NCBI RefSeq assembly: GCF_006345805.1
Contig: NC_043015.1
Coordinates: forward strand, 24,800,001 to 24,864,000
From: Octopus sinensis
Lineage: Eukaryota
Length of the DNA stretch: 64,000 nt
Direction of reading: 5' to 3'
In this document: positions 14,538 through 29,284 of the stretch, in pieces
Numbering within the stretch: position 1 is the first letter of the stretch
How the letters are laid out: every line of letters starts with the position of its first letter
Made by a program: the position numbers and the translations under genes
Notes under the pieces: generated by a model
Database searches by the model: none
The model's input: only the letters and a program-made list of their open reading frames with translations
Told to the model about the DNA's origin: nothing

Positions 14538-14844
14538 ATATAATATATATATATACATACATACATATACATACATACAAATATATAGATAGCTAGATAG
14601 AGAGATAGATTGATTGATTGATTGATAGACAGATAGATGATGTTATTCAAAGATTAACAGATGAAAGAGTTTCCTTTTGTCTTGATTATTATTTTCATAA
14701 TCTCCTTACTGTATTTACTATCGAAAACAAGAACACGTACACGACCACACCCACATATATATACAGCAATATATAAACAAAACACAATATCTCATTCAAA
14801 TAAAATATTTTAAAAAAGAGAATCAAAATCCATCAACTCCATTA

Positions 14845-15300
14845 TGGTTGGGAGAAAACAGTTTACTGAAAATAGCTGCCCTCACATTCCATCCTGGCCT
14901 CAAGACAGCTCACATCCTGGCATGTGCATTCCTTGCTGTATTCGTAGGAAGATATTCAAACATTTCTATGATTTGATCTTTGTGTTACAAGCAGAGTGGT
15001 TGGTGTCTTTTTTCAACCAAAGCCTACACATAGTAATCCACATAATTACAAATGGGAGAATGAAGAGACCAGAAAGTGAAGTCATAGGAATTCTCTGACA
15101 GCCACTTCGGACTCTTTCCAGAGATACAATCTTCCAGCAGTAGTCTTATCCAGTCAGGGTTTGACCATAGTCTCCAGCACTTTCACATAGCTATCTGAAT
15201 TGAGCATGAAGCCCTATTCAAAGATATCGGGCATATGGACACAGTTAATATGCCTGCAATGTCCCTTTTTGCTGGCCACAACTTTGTGCTTTTTGTTGCT
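14845..15300 (-). mobile_element. Degenerate Tc1/mariner transposase C-terminal half (resembles DD37D/maT type)
   Basis: DIFE*GFMLNSDSYVKVLETMVKP*...GRLYLW...KWLSENSYDFTFWSLHSPICNYVDYYV*ALVEKDTN, a decayed WPP.SPD.NP.DY..W motif. Confidence 0.7.
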
Positions 15301-15978
15301 GCTGTCCTTTCCCCATCTTTCAGCCTTTAAAGTGTTCACAGTACATTGAGCAGCAGTCATGATGTTGGTGATTTGACACATAGCATGAATCATGACACAA
15401 GTAACTCTTTTCCAATATTCCCATAGTTTCCAGCCATCCATGTCAATTAGCTTCTTCTCAACTACAATTGTAATCTTTAGGCTCTCCAATGCTGTTAGCT
15501 GTTTGCCAATACATCAAGTTGTCACCCCAAAAAGGAGGCATAAAATATTGTCAAATGTAACTAAAAAAACCCTGCATTATATTTGTATATACAACTATAT
15601 ATATATACACACACACAAACACATGCACTGAGAGATAGATAGATAGATAGATAGATAGACAGATAGATAGATATAGACAATAAAAATGCATACATACATG
15701 TGGATGTATGTCTAAATGTATTCCTACTGATTTGACAGATTAAAAATGAAAGTTAAGTTCCCCATATTCAATTTTCTTTTCAAATTTAACTGTTTCTATT
15801 TCAGTTCAGCTATTGACCAAACAAGTCATCCTTAAAACGAAATCAGCAGCAATAAGACTTAATCGGCAAGGGGAGAGAAAAGAGAGGCTGGCGAGGGTGG
15901 TGTGAATAGGAAACTGTAACATACTCTTCTTGTTAAAGACAAATACAGAAAGAAATGTTTGTGCTGAAACCTATTTTT

Positions 15979-16016
<38 letters not shown>

Positions 16017-17759
16017 TGTTCCACTCGTATTCCAGACGAGATTCGATCCAGCAGATCAGAGATGAAACATTTTCCAGCTGTGTCATGTTATCATTTAGGA
16101 GTCACACAGCCACAAGTTTACCCAAGATAATGTAAAGCAAACACAAGGAAATGTTTTGCTTCTTTTTTTCTTTTGTGTGAGTCAATGAAGGAGATCGAGT
16201 TGACTCACATGAATGAATTTAATATTACAATTCTAGCTTTATTCTGTCGAGGTTGGCTTTGCTTTAGACTCCTCACTCATAAAATGAAGTACCAGTTGAG
16301 CACTGGGGTCGAAGTAATCAACTTATTCCCTACCCCAAAACTGCTGGCCTTGTGCCAAAATTTGAAATCAATGTAACAGTCAAAAGTGACTAATCAAAAT
16401 GTCCACTTGTGATCATCTCACTGCTATTTTTATTTTTTTTTTTTGTTACACATCTAACCATATGGTGGGCTACAAATGACCATATGACCATATGGCTGGC
16501 TGCAAATACATGCTATTGAAAGAGTCCAAAATATTTGAAGTGCATTTCACATTCTAACTAGCCTATGCTATGCTAGCATGAATTTATTATGTCTCTAAGC
16601 CCTGCACATCAATAAGAGATGTTATCTCAGGATGGATACCTCAGTATCTAGGCTATCAACTGTGTATATACATTAAGTATGATACATAGATGGATGACTT
16701 ACCTAAATTTATTCTATCACTGTGAAAAGATTTTTTTAAAGACTATAGGAATTGATTTAAGGTAGATTTGGCTGCTATTTCTAAATCACTCATTGACTTG
16801 TAAAAACAAACACAATATATGAAGGTCAACTGAAAATTTCACACACTGACCAAGATACTCACATGAAATGTGAACAAATGAGGTTTATTTTTCAGTCCAC
16901 ACATTTCTTCCGTTTTCCGCGCTAGCACGGGTTGGACGGTTTCGACCGGGGTCTGGGGAGCCAGGGGCTGCCCCAGGCTCCAGTCTGGTCTGGCAGTGTT
17001 TCTACAGCTGGATGCCCTTCCTAACACCAACCACTCCGCGAGTGTAGTGGGTGCTTTTTACGTGCCACCTGCACAGGTGCCAGAGGGGTCTGGCATCGGC
17101 CACGGTCGGTTGGTGCTTTTTATGTGCCACCTGCACAGAAGCCAGTCGGGGCGGTGCTGGCATCGGCCACGTTCGGATGGTGCTTTTTATGTGGGGGGGG
17201 GAGGGTGCAGAAATATAGGGGAGCACCAGTGGGGAGGGGTGTTCGGATGACAGGTTCTAGACAAGTAGAACGTAGGATATCACGAGAGGGGTAATGCATG
17301 GTGAAATAGCGTATTGAAGAGGGGGGTTCGAAGAGTAGACACCTATAATGGTGGTGGGAGAAGCGACATCCGGTATAGATGGAGCAAAAATATAGAGATA
17401 TCCGGTATTGGTGGTGGGGGTGGGCAAGGGTGGGTGCACCGCGAATACGCGAAGGTTGAAAGACGAGAGAGCGAGGACTTGGACGGGCAAAATTAATAAA
17501 GGGACGGTGGAGAAATGGAGAAATTATCGGCACATAATGATGAGAGGAATTAGGGAATACAATGACAACTGCTTAAGCGTATTAGTAATTAGTAAGTAGA
17601 TAAAATAGATAGATAGATAAAAACATAATCAAGAAATGAGGCACGTTACTTGACGGGCTGGCTTAAAAATGCTCTTAGCAATGGAAGGGGGAAGGAAGAG
17701 GGGGAGGGCAGACAACGTAAAAGAGGGACAGAGAGAAAGGGAATAGTGGAACCCCGCGA

Positions 17760-18290
17760 AATATATTATTATTATTATTATTATGGCTGCCCCTCGTTAT
17801 CGAGTATGGCCATTGCACGAAGCTTAACTGTTACTGGTGCTGTGATCAAATGTGACTTTTTAGCCCAGCTAAAGATCTACAATGTCTTATACAGAATTGG
17901 CAACTAAAACCTTTACCGGTAATAGCCGGCTGTAGTTGTATGTCGTATGGCAGCCCCTCGTTATCGAGTATGGCCATTGCATGAAGCTTAACTGTTACTG
18001 GTGCTGTGATCAAATGTGACTTTTTAGCCCAGCTAAAGATCTACAATGTCTTATACAGAATTGGCAACTAAAACCTTTACCGGTAATAGCCGGCTGTAGT
18101 TGTATGTCGTTTAAGTCTTCCTGCCGAATTACACTCTCTTCTACATACCCGACAGATATGATTAGTATGGTGTGTTACACCACCACCAGTGGCCAGGTTG
18201 TCACTCATCTGTCTCGCTTTATGACTACGAAGATGACTCTTGAGTCCAGCTTTACTGAGAGTTAGTTAAAGGAGAATGACCTCCACATAA
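17760..18290 (-). mobile_element. 3' end of an RTE-like LINE encoding tandem C2H2 zinc fingers, with (AAT)n tail; terminal 164 bp duplicated
   Basis: Minus translation [13 protein letters not shown]...HICRVCRRECNSAGRLKRH...FSCQFCIRHCRSLAGLKSHI*; tail (aat)n at 17762-17782. Confidence 0.65.
17782..18110. repeat. Tandem duplication, 2 x 164 bp
   Basis: Units start at 17782 and 17946; two substitutions seen. Confidence 0.95.
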
Positions 18291-18311
18291 ACCAAAATAT
18301 ATATATATACA

Positions 18312-18419
<108 letters not shown>

Positions 18420-18433
18420 CATACATATATATA

Positions 18434-18916
18434 CATCATCATCATCATCATCATCAATGTTTTATGTCCGCTTTCCATGCTCAATCTGATCTGGCAAAGT
18501 TTCTACAGCTGGATGCCCTTCCCAATGCCAACCACTCTGGGAGTGTAGTGGGTGTTTTGTGTGCCACCGGCATGAGGGCCTGTCAGGCGGTACTGTCATC
18601 GGCCATGTCAGCAATTTTGATATATATGTATATATGAAATGTGTGCGTGTGTGTGTGTGTGTATGTATGTGTGTGTGTGCATGTGTATGAAAACGAAACT
18701 TGACAATGCAAATAAATCGTAATTTGGTATTGAAAACCGAATCCAAAACAGTTTCTGCAATGTTCCACGTATTAAGTATTGTAACTTCAATGTTTACTTA
18801 ACTTTTAATTGCTAATATTATTTATATTATTTATACAAGTACACACACACACACATGGTTGTATACATACATAAATACATACATACATAATACATAAATA
18901 CATACATACATATATA

Positions 18917-18963
<47 letters not shown>

Positions 18964-19490
18964 CATACATACATACATAATATATATATATATATATACA
19001 TACATATATATACATCATCATCATCATCATCATCAATGTTTTATGTCCGCTTTCCATGCTCAATCTGATCTGGCAAAGTTTCTACAGCTGGATGCCCTTC
19101 CCAATGCCAACCACTCTGGGAGTGTAGTGGGTGTTTTTTGTGTGCCACCGGCATGAGGGCCTGTCAGGCGGTACTGTCATCGGCCATGTCAGCAATTTTG
19201 ATATATATGTATATATGAAATGTGTGCGTGTGTGTGTGTGTGTATGTATGTGTGTGTGTGCATGTGTATGAAAACGAAACTTGACAATGCAAATAAATCG
19301 TAATTTGGTATTGAAAACCGAATCCAAAACAGTTTCTGCAATGTTCCACGTATTAAGTATTGTAACTTCAATGTTTACTTAACTTTTAATTGCTAATATT
19401 ATTTATATTATTTATACAAGTACACACACACACACATGGTTGTATACATACATAAATACATAAATACATACATACATACATACATAAATA
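18434..19490. repeat. Tandem duplication, period 579 bp
   Basis: 18481 tcaatctgatctggc... recurs at 19060, near-identical over about 470 bp. Confidence 0.9.
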
Positions 19491-19866
19491 TATATATATA
19501 TATATATATAATATATATATATATATACATATATAGTTATAAAATATTGGGGTTTAGTTTACAGGTGATCTAAATGACAAGGTACACTGGGTAAGTGCTG
19601 TAACGGATTACCAGGACTCCAAGCTCATACCCGAGATGGGGGTTATAGAACCATTGCAGACTTCCAATATAGCAGATATATAATTATGGAGATGTACTTA
19701 TATAGCAAGTGACCTGATCTGAGATCGTGTTCTGAAACAAAACCAATTGCAGCGTGGAAGGTGTTTTTAGCCATTTAAGAAACACACAAAAATTGTTAGA
19801 TTCACTTCAACATTTAAATTTAATTTGTCAAAATATTCTTGCCACTTTGAAACCACAACCTGTTTG

Positions 19867-19988
19867 ACAACAAACACTGAGGCAAGAAAAACATTTCAAG
19901 TTGTATATGTTATTATCATTAGAGAAAATTTTCTAATACTAATAATATTTATGACTTGAAATGCTTGTCTTGCTTCAGTGTTTGTTGT
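19867..19988. mobile_element. Small fold-back/MITE-like element
   Basis: acaacaaacactgaggcaagaaaaacatttcaagt vs acttgaaatgcttgtcttgcttcagtgtttgttgt; about 55-bp imperfect arms. Confidence 0.65.
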
Positions 19989-20234
19989 TTTCTTTAACAA
20001 ATATACATATATGTATATATGTGTATTTGAATTCATGACCTTACAGACGTGAGCCAAATTCCCTAATCACTAAACCACGTGCCTTCATGCTCATTAATTA
20101 AGACAGAAAAGTTCCAACTATAAATAAGTATAAAAAAGAGAAAATTTGAATAAAAAAACAATATTCCATAAAGTTGTTTGCAGAAAGTGATTGTGTTGTT
20201 TCCTACCTCCCACACATAAGGTGTTCTTTTTACA

Positions 20235-20473
20235 TAACCTTTTAGCATTTCAATCAACCGGATCTGGTCAGAATATTCTGCATGTTTTATGTTCAAGCTG
20301 GCTAGATCTGGCCTCTCATGCCTGGATAGGCATGAGAGGCCAGTGTCTTTTGTAAAATGTACAATCACATCGTTGAAACCTCAAAAGCAATGAAATAATA
20401 CAGGATTGATTTAAAGTGATGTGAACACACAAGCATTACGTTCGGCAGAATAATCTGAGTACTGAAGGGCTAA
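20235..20473. mobile_element. Possible TTAA-type (piggyBac-like) MITE with internal perfect hairpin
   Basis: Degenerate ends taaccttttagcatt ... gtactgaagggctaa. Confidence 0.3.
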
Positions 20474-20698
20474 TCTACCCTGAGTCTATAACAAAATACA
20501 TCAGAACCCTTTGTATAAAGAGAAAGAGAGAGGAGTTCTTCCTTTGTTCTCTGATGCTGAACTGCAATTAAAGTAAAGCTCAGTCTGGATTATGGGATAC
20601 GCTATTGCCAAGAGGATCCGTTTTTCAGTGATGCAGAAATATTAACAAAAACATATAATTCCTTTAGACATAGTAATCATAAATAACCTATATATATA

Positions 20699-20740
<42 letters not shown>

Positions 20741-21448
20741 TATATATACACATATATACATACATTTTCCAAATTACCAGCATATATGCATGTGCATGTA
20801 TGTCTCTATATATATCTTTATATACACAATCATATGAATAATATAAAACTGAAGAGATTTTTTGACTAAATAAATGGAAAAAATAATAAAAAGTTTATTA
20901 ATAAAGACTTTTTCCTCACCCCACTTCCTTCTATGTTGTGTTTATTTTTCACTTTCTCTTAGAATTAGTTTCCAAAATATCCATTTCAAATACTTGATTT
21001 TTCAAATACATCTATCGATCTTTTGCTGCCTTGTTGCCTTATTTCAAAATATTCCATTTCCCAGATATTGGTTATTCTTCAGATTTATTTAGCTATGTGT
21101 TCTTGTGTTGATGTTGTGTTTTTGTTTCTTTTTCTCTCTCTTTTTGTTTTATATTTTGCTTTTCTTTTTTGTGTTGTTTCTCTATATTTCTTTTATTTAT
21201 TCTTTCCGTTTTGTCTTATTACAAGAATTCTAATCTGCAAATGAAGCTATGCACTAATTCTGTTCCTACTGGGATTATCTACAGGAATGGAAAATTAATT
21301 GAATTTTGATTCAATTTTTTTTTTGTTTTTGTTTTATGTTTTGTTTGTATTTTTGGCAGAAATATTATTTTGCAATACTGGCCTATATTTCCATAGCAGC
21401 CAGCATCCATGGTATACTAATATTACTTCACAGGCATACCGTTTCTCT

Positions 21449-21539
<91 letters not shown>

Positions 21540-21739
21540 GATGTACAACTTAGAACTCCACAGACACTGCTGTACACAGAAACATAGAAATCAAAAGGCT
21601 GCAGCCAGCATCACTGCTACATCATCAGCAGACCATTCGATGGAGGGGTGGTTTACAGGCTATAGATCTAATAAATATCATTATTGCTGTTGTTATTGTT
21701 GACATTTTCATTACTGTAATTAATATTATTGTTGTTGTT

Positions 21740-21821
21740 ATTATTATTATCGTTGTTAGTGTTATTGTTGTTGTTGTTCTTCTTCTTCTTCTTCTTCTTC
21801 TTCTTATTATTATTATTATTA

Positions 21822-21880
<59 letters not shown>

Positions 21881-21885
21881 ATTAT
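21740..21885. repeat. Compound trinucleotide tract (GTT/CTT/ATT)n (others: (ACT)/(GAT)/(AAT) 29035-29285, (TAG)n 39237-39303, (AAT/GAT) 42195-42580 and 43885-44130)
   Basis: Direct inspection. Confidence 0.9.
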
Positions 21886-23989
21886 AACATTGTTCTTTGT
21901 TTATCTCACTATTATTTTTATTATTATTAACCTCATAATGTGTTTTTTCTTCTTTTATTAATCTGAAAGAAATTAATTTCAAAAACAAAACCATTATTAT
22001 TATCAATATTGATTGTAACATAGCTGCATGTCTTCATTTGCCGCAAAGTGGTTTAGATGGAAATATCAGACCTTGTACCAGACTGGTAATTTATTTCATT
22101 GAAGCTGGGAAAGTTGAAGAGTAAAGTCTGCCTCAGTAGGAATTGAACTCAGAATGAAAACAGTCATTGATTACACAGTGTAAAGTGGTTCAACATGTCT
22201 GCCATTTCAGCTTCATCTGCCAATAATGTTAATATTGGTTTCACATTTTGACACAAGGCCAGCAATTTCGAGGGAGGTGATAAGTCATTTACATTGATCT
22301 CTCCCTAACCCCAGTGCATAACTGGGACTTATTTTATCGACCCCAAAAGGATTAAAAGGCCAAGATGACCCTGGCAGTATTTGAGCTCAGAACATAAAGA
22401 TGGAAGAAATGCTGTTAAACGTTTTGTATGGCATTCAAGGATTCTGCAAGCTCGCCACCTGCAACAACATTAATATTAGGAAACGGAGGATTAGTTGAAC
22501 TATTGGTGCATCTAATGAAATGCTATGCTGTAATTACAGATTTTACATTCTCAGTTCAAATCCTGCTAGGAACAACATTGCTTTCATCTTTCTGGGGTCA
22601 ATAAAACAAAGTATTAAACAAGTTCTGGGATTTATATGATCATTAATTCCTCCTGACTTCCAAATTTCATACCTGGTACCTATGGTAGAAACAACATTAG
22701 TAAATTGTCATCATCCCAATCATCATTTAATGTTTGTTTCCATGCCAGCATGGATCGGATGCTTCAAGAGGATCTGACTTACATGAGCACCAGTGTCCGC
22801 TTTGTCATGGTTTCTATGGCTGGATGCCCTTCCTAACAGCAACCAATTTACAAAGTGCCCTAGATGCATTTTCATTGGCATCTACTTTAATGAGGTCACC
22901 AAGCAACTTATAAGACAAGAGCCCTCAACTGAATGGGTGTGTGTGTAGTATTGAGGGAGGTGATTTTTATGTCTGGTGATGAGAGATTAAAATCTGATAA
23001 AGCAACAGGAACAGGTGTCTTGACGAAGAGGAGATACATGGCACCCCCTGCTGTAGAGGGAGAAAAAACTGAGAGTTGGTGGGGATAAAGAAACAGAGAG
23101 GGTAGGGTAGGAAGTAGGTAAGTACAAGAGTACGAAAGGAGTGTGATAATCACTAACCATGAGGTTAGAGATGTGGGCAGAGGTGGAAACTGTATAGGGG
23201 ACACACAAATGGATAACCTGGTCAGTAGTGAATGTCAGTTTGGTGGTTGGAGAGTGAAGAGCATAACTAGACAGAGAAAACAGAAATGAGTACATAACAG
23301 TGCAGTGCTCTACAGTTTGTAGAGTACATAAAAGTAGAGGACATAGGAGTGAAGTAGCATGCAGGCACCAGCTAGCGTTTAAATGTTATTTATCAAAGAT
23401 GAGCACAAATGCAGGACAGGTTGTTAAATGTGAGGCACTCAGTAGCATCGGGTGATTTTGTTGCTTTTTTTTCCAAACATGATATGGTTTATGTATTATC
23501 AATAATATAATCCATTATAAGCTGACCCCTATTTTAAAACTTTGAACAATTCAAATTCTCTGAACACAAACAGGGACAAACACACAATTTCTGTGTGTAT
23601 GTGTGTATTTGTTTGAATGCATACAAGTGTGTGTGTATGTTATAGATGTGTAAGTGTGTATGTTATAAATGTGAATCTATATGTGGATGTATATATATTC
23701 TATGGCTGTGTGTATGTGTACATGCATATGTAACTGTTTGTTTATGTATACATAATCATATGTGTGCATGACTATGCATCTTCGTATAAATACATATATG
23801 TGTGCGTAAGTGGGTGTGTATGTGGATGTGTATATAAGTTAGTATGTAGATGTCAATAACAAATTCTTATCTTCAAACTTCAAAGTGAAATTTCAAAACA
23901 ACAACAACAGCAACAACAGCAATCATATTAAAAGAACTGTTTGATATTCCCTTTCCTGACATTGGTAATTTAATGAACAACTTTCAACC

Positions 23990-24014
23990 TAAATGATTAC
24001 ATTTTCCCTTTGAT

Positions 24015-24064
<50 letters not shown>

Positions 24065-24311
24065 TATTACATATATATATATATTATATACATACATATA
24101 TACATACATATATATACATATACATACATCTATATACATATACATACATATATAATATACATATACATACATATATATATACATATATTACCATATATAT
24201 ATACTATATATACATATATATACATATATATATATACATCTATATTCATATACATATATATACATTATATATACATATATATACATATATATTATACATA
24301 TATATACATAC

Positions 24312-24343
<32 letters not shown>

Positions 24344-24453
24344 GCACATACATATGTACATATTTATATATATATGTATATATATATATTTGTATATATA
24401 TATATATGTATATATATATAAGTATATAAATATATGTATATATATGTATATGA

Positions 24454-24487
<34 letters not shown>

Positions 24488-24500
24488 GTATATATATATT
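23990..24500. repeat. Compound (TA)n/(TACA)n microsatellite (similar tracts at 5670-7200, 18295-18435, 26620-27080, 27345-27670, 43085-43480, 52620-52760)
   Basis: Direct inspection. Confidence 0.9.
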
Positions 24501-26025
24501 GTTAAAACTGAAAGAAAGAGGACTCTACGTATTATGTGTGTGGGTTGTGTGTATATGCTTGAGAAAACCTGTCAAGTCAAGTAAAACCAATATTGTATCA
24601 GGAGCCAGTAGCCCCTGACTGGCTCCCATGCCGATGGCATGTAAGATGCCCTATCCTAATGTGTTCGTTGTCAGGCCTGCCTTACTGGCTCCTGTACTGG
24701 TGGCAAGTAAAAAGCACCATCTGAACAAGATCGTGCCAGGTCTGCCTTACTGTTTCCTGTGCCAGTGGCACATAAAAAGCACCCACTACACTCTTGGAGT
24801 TGTTGTCATTAGGAAGGGCATCCAGCTGTAGAAACTCTGGTGCAGCCGCTGGCTCTCCAGTCCTCAGTCAAACTGTCCAACCCATGCCAGCATGGAAAAC
24901 GGACGTTAATCGATGATGTTGATGATGATGTGTGCGCTTATGTGTGTGTGAGTATAATATATGTATAAATGCATGTATATGTTTGTTTGGTGTGTATGTA
25001 GTATTTATAAGATATATATTTATTTTAAGGTATATATATATAATACATATACATACACACGTATACATATACATACAGGCATACATACACATACACACAC
25101 ATATAAGTATATAATATATATTTTTATATATGAATATATATATTTATATAACTTTTTACATAAATATATGTATTTATATATATCACATTTATTTATATAT
25201 ATGTACATACACACACATACATATTGTTATTTTGGGTTATAGCATTTCTTCTTTATTTCACTTTTAATTAAATACATTCATAAATATTATGATTTGTGGA
25301 TAATATGATAGCAAATTGATAGTATTCTTTCGGTAAGTTTTAGTTAACCACTCAACACAAAGGCACAAAATTTTCCTATTAACTGAAGTTGGTACATTAA
25401 CTAAAGACAACACACACTTTATGTATGTGTCTATGTATGTATGTGTATGAGTGTGCGTGTGTGTGTGTGTGTGTGTGTATAAACACACACACACATATAT
25501 ACATAATATATATTATATGTATCAGATCCTTGCTTGTACTTTGTCATAGTAAAAAAGTGAGAGTGAAAGTATCGAAAAAGATCAAAGTATTGAAAAAGAT
25601 GAAACACCCCAAACACATAAGAGGAAAGTGTAAAGCATAAATCCTATATTTGATTGAATTCTTTACAATTGCTTTTTGAGTTTTGTCTCTTTTCCCTTTT
25701 TTCTTTTTTTTTTCTTGCTTTGCCGTTTTTGGTACTGAAGATAGGTCTGACTGATTAGAGCTTGTTTGGTACATCAATAAGGCCAATCAAAACATTATTG
25801 ATCTCCTACATATCATACAGAAATTATTCATGTGTGTGTGTGTTTCTTTTTTTTTTCTTCTTTCAATGAGTGATTTTGTTGTTAAAGACAATTGCTGTTC
25901 GGTTGACTACGGAAAGTGAAAGTACAAAACTAAAAACGGAAAAACAAGTTGCTGTTAACGGAACAAAACTATAACAACAAAAAAACAAGAAAAACACAGA
26001 GAAAGAGAGAAAGAGGGTGCACGTG

Positions 26026-26076
<51 letters not shown>

Positions 26077-26638
26077 CATTATGTTTTATCTGTCTAAGTA
26101 AAATTAGCTGATTGAGATTGTATAATTTGATTGGGACTATATCTTCTTCTTCCACTGTCGATCACCAATGGCATACGAAGTACCATGTCATTAACAAGTC
26201 TTTCATTCATAGAAATTATTCATCTAACTAATAATGTTTTTTATTTATATCAAGTGACATTAAGAAACATGTGTGTATGTAGATATGTTTATAAATATGT
26301 ATATGTACGTGTGTATATATATATATATTTATATTTATGTACGCATACATATGCATTTAAATATAGATATACCAATGTATGTATAAGGATGTATGTAGAG
26401 TTGATTTTCATGTGCTGCTGCTCTCAAATTATACAGCAAAATTACAAAAAGGAATCGGTTGATGTGTCATGGCTTCATCAGGCTAACAGTATGAAGATAC
26501 TAACATGTGGATAGGGTTTGTTGGATATACACACACATGCACACACAACACAACATCCATGCATGCAGACAAACACACTTAAGCATGTATGAATATGTCA
26601 TTGTTCAGGTTTATTTGATATGTATGCATGCATGTATG

Positions 26639-26672
<34 letters not shown>

Positions 26673-27379
26673 TGTATGTATGTATGTATGTATGTATGTA
26701 TGTATGTATATCTGTATGTATGTATGTATGTATGTATGTATGCATGCATGTATGTAGGTATATATGTATATATGTATATATGTATGTATGTATGTATGTA
26801 CGTATGTATGTGTATACATATATGCATGTATACATATTTATATGTGTATTATTTATACATTTATACATATATATACATACATATATAGATAGATAGATTT
26901 GTATACTTATAAAGAAATGTACACACACACGCACACACGTATACATATATATGTACACACCCATACATATGCATAAGCATAAACTCACAGATGCATAAAT
27001 GAAATATCTACCTACACCACCACTATACACACACACACACACACGCACACAAAAATGCATACATATCTATATATATATGTGAATATATATAGATATATAC
27101 CAGTTTTTCTTTTTTTTTCCTGTCTCTAACATTCTTATTTCCAAAGTTCACATCTAATCAAGAAAATGACAAGGACACCAGTCTGCAACTGAAACATTTG
27201 ATTAGATAAATTAAACACACAGCAGGTTATATATTTCCTTTTCTTGTATTACTACTGATTAGATATGTGTTAACGAACTGTTGGTCCGATAATGATGTAG
27301 GGTAAAAAGAAAAAAACCGTCTGGAACACATACTTGCATGCAGACATACATACACATATATATTTACACACAAACACAT

Positions 27380-27414
<35 letters not shown>

Positions 27415-27416
27415 CG

Positions 27417-27485
<69 letters not shown>

Positions 27486-27508
27486 ATATATATCTATATA
27501 TATATATC

Positions 27509-27549
<41 letters not shown>

Positions 27550-29035
27550 TATATATATATATACATATATAGATATATAGATATATAGATATATATATAT
27601 ATATATAGTTCATATACTTTATACATATATATATATATAGATAAGAAAGTTGATATATATATATACACATATATACATTGTATGTTTGTATACATAGGCG
27701 GTAAACTTGTGACTTAATGATAATGATAAATATAGTCAGGTTTTCTAACAGATGACATGGAGCAATTGTGAAGTGTAATTATCTAAAGAATAGGATATGT
27801 TGAAACATTTTTAATAGAAGCAAAAGCGAATAAATAAATTTGTAAGCAACTGACAATAAATATATATATATGTAGGTGTATGTGTTTGTGCATATATATA
27901 TGTGTGTGTGTGTGTGTGTACATATATATAATATATATATATAATGTGTGTGTGTGTGTATATATATAAATAGTGAAATGAAAAATGTTTGGAATATGTT
28001 AGAAGAACTATTATAAAAACAAAAAGATAGAATTTGGGAAATGGATAAAAACATGAAAAAATGTAAACAATCAAATAAACATTATAATAAAACTGGAAAA
28101 GAAACTTTTCCTAAGTTTGGTGTGAGAGAAATCATTGTCCAGAGCTTGCAAATTATAGTTAAGTATATTTACTAAAAAAAGCAAAGATATGCAGATATTC
28201 TAAATGTATTTATTGTTTTTGATTACCATTAGTAGCGTTATCATTTAGAGTGAAAGCATAAAAAGAAATTAGTATTATAATAGGAACCATTGCTCTTGAA
28301 AATACACTGAAATAATAATGATGATGATGATGATAGAAATAATGTCAATAACAAAAATAATGGCAGTAGTAGCATCATCATCATAAGTAGCTCCACCACA
28401 GCCATTGCCATCAGTAGAGGTACCAGCACCACCACCACCACTGCTATCATCATTGTCATCATCAAAAACATCAAAAAAAAAACAAGAAAAAAACCAATCC
28501 TCCATACCAGTGGGACTGAGCAGTGTCCAAAACCATTCTTTGACACAAGAAGTGAATAAGGAGAAGAGAAAAAAGAAGAGATAAAAAGCATCAAGCAAAA
28601 GTTTAGCACCATTTCTCAGAAATGCTCAATTAAGAAAAATAAAGAATTTTGTGGAATATTGTAATCTGAATAGAATATTAATCATGTCTCATTAGTGCAC
28701 AACATCACCTGGGGGTGCCATTAGAGGAGTCCACTCTCTAAGCATTTGGACCAAGTCTGCAGTGAGAAGGTGACATGGTATCTTTGTGCTCTGCTACCTA
28801 CTATGGTACTATGGTATTAGGGTACTGCTACATCAATATATTTTGCTCTTCATGAAATAGTCTTAGTCCTCAGATTAACTCTTCCATGGCAGAAAACAAT
28901 AAAAATAGATAACAAAGCAGAAAAAAAATAACTGAACAAAATTTTAGATGAAAGAACTAAACAAACGTTTACATATCTGGGATGATTATTTCAAAAAAGG
29001 GAAATTTGTATCAGCTATCAGGGACATGGAGACTA

Positions 29036-29071
<36 letters not shown>

Positions 29072-29168
29072 TTGATAATGATGATGCTGATAATGATGAT
29101 GATGATGATTTCTCTGCTCTAAGTGTCAGGATGATGCTCAACAAGAAATGGAAGCAATTGAAAGATGC

Positions 29169-29263
<95 letters not shown>

Positions 29264-29284
29264 TGATAATAATAATAATAATAA

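Noticed and set aside
18730-18800. Hammerhead-like TTGAAG...ATTGCA-GAAAC on the minus strand (also in the duplicate unit)
   Set aside because: Core, helix I and helix III cannot all be satisfied.
19820-19870. Possible hammerhead relic (TTGTC/GACAA helix, AATATT palindrome)
   Set aside because: Catalytic core largely missing and interrupted by a fold-back element.
25549-25633. SESESIEKDQSIEKDETPQTHKRKV* as a terminal exon
   Set aside because: The only good acceptor puts a TAA first in that frame; the pattern comes from an 18-bp tandem duplication.
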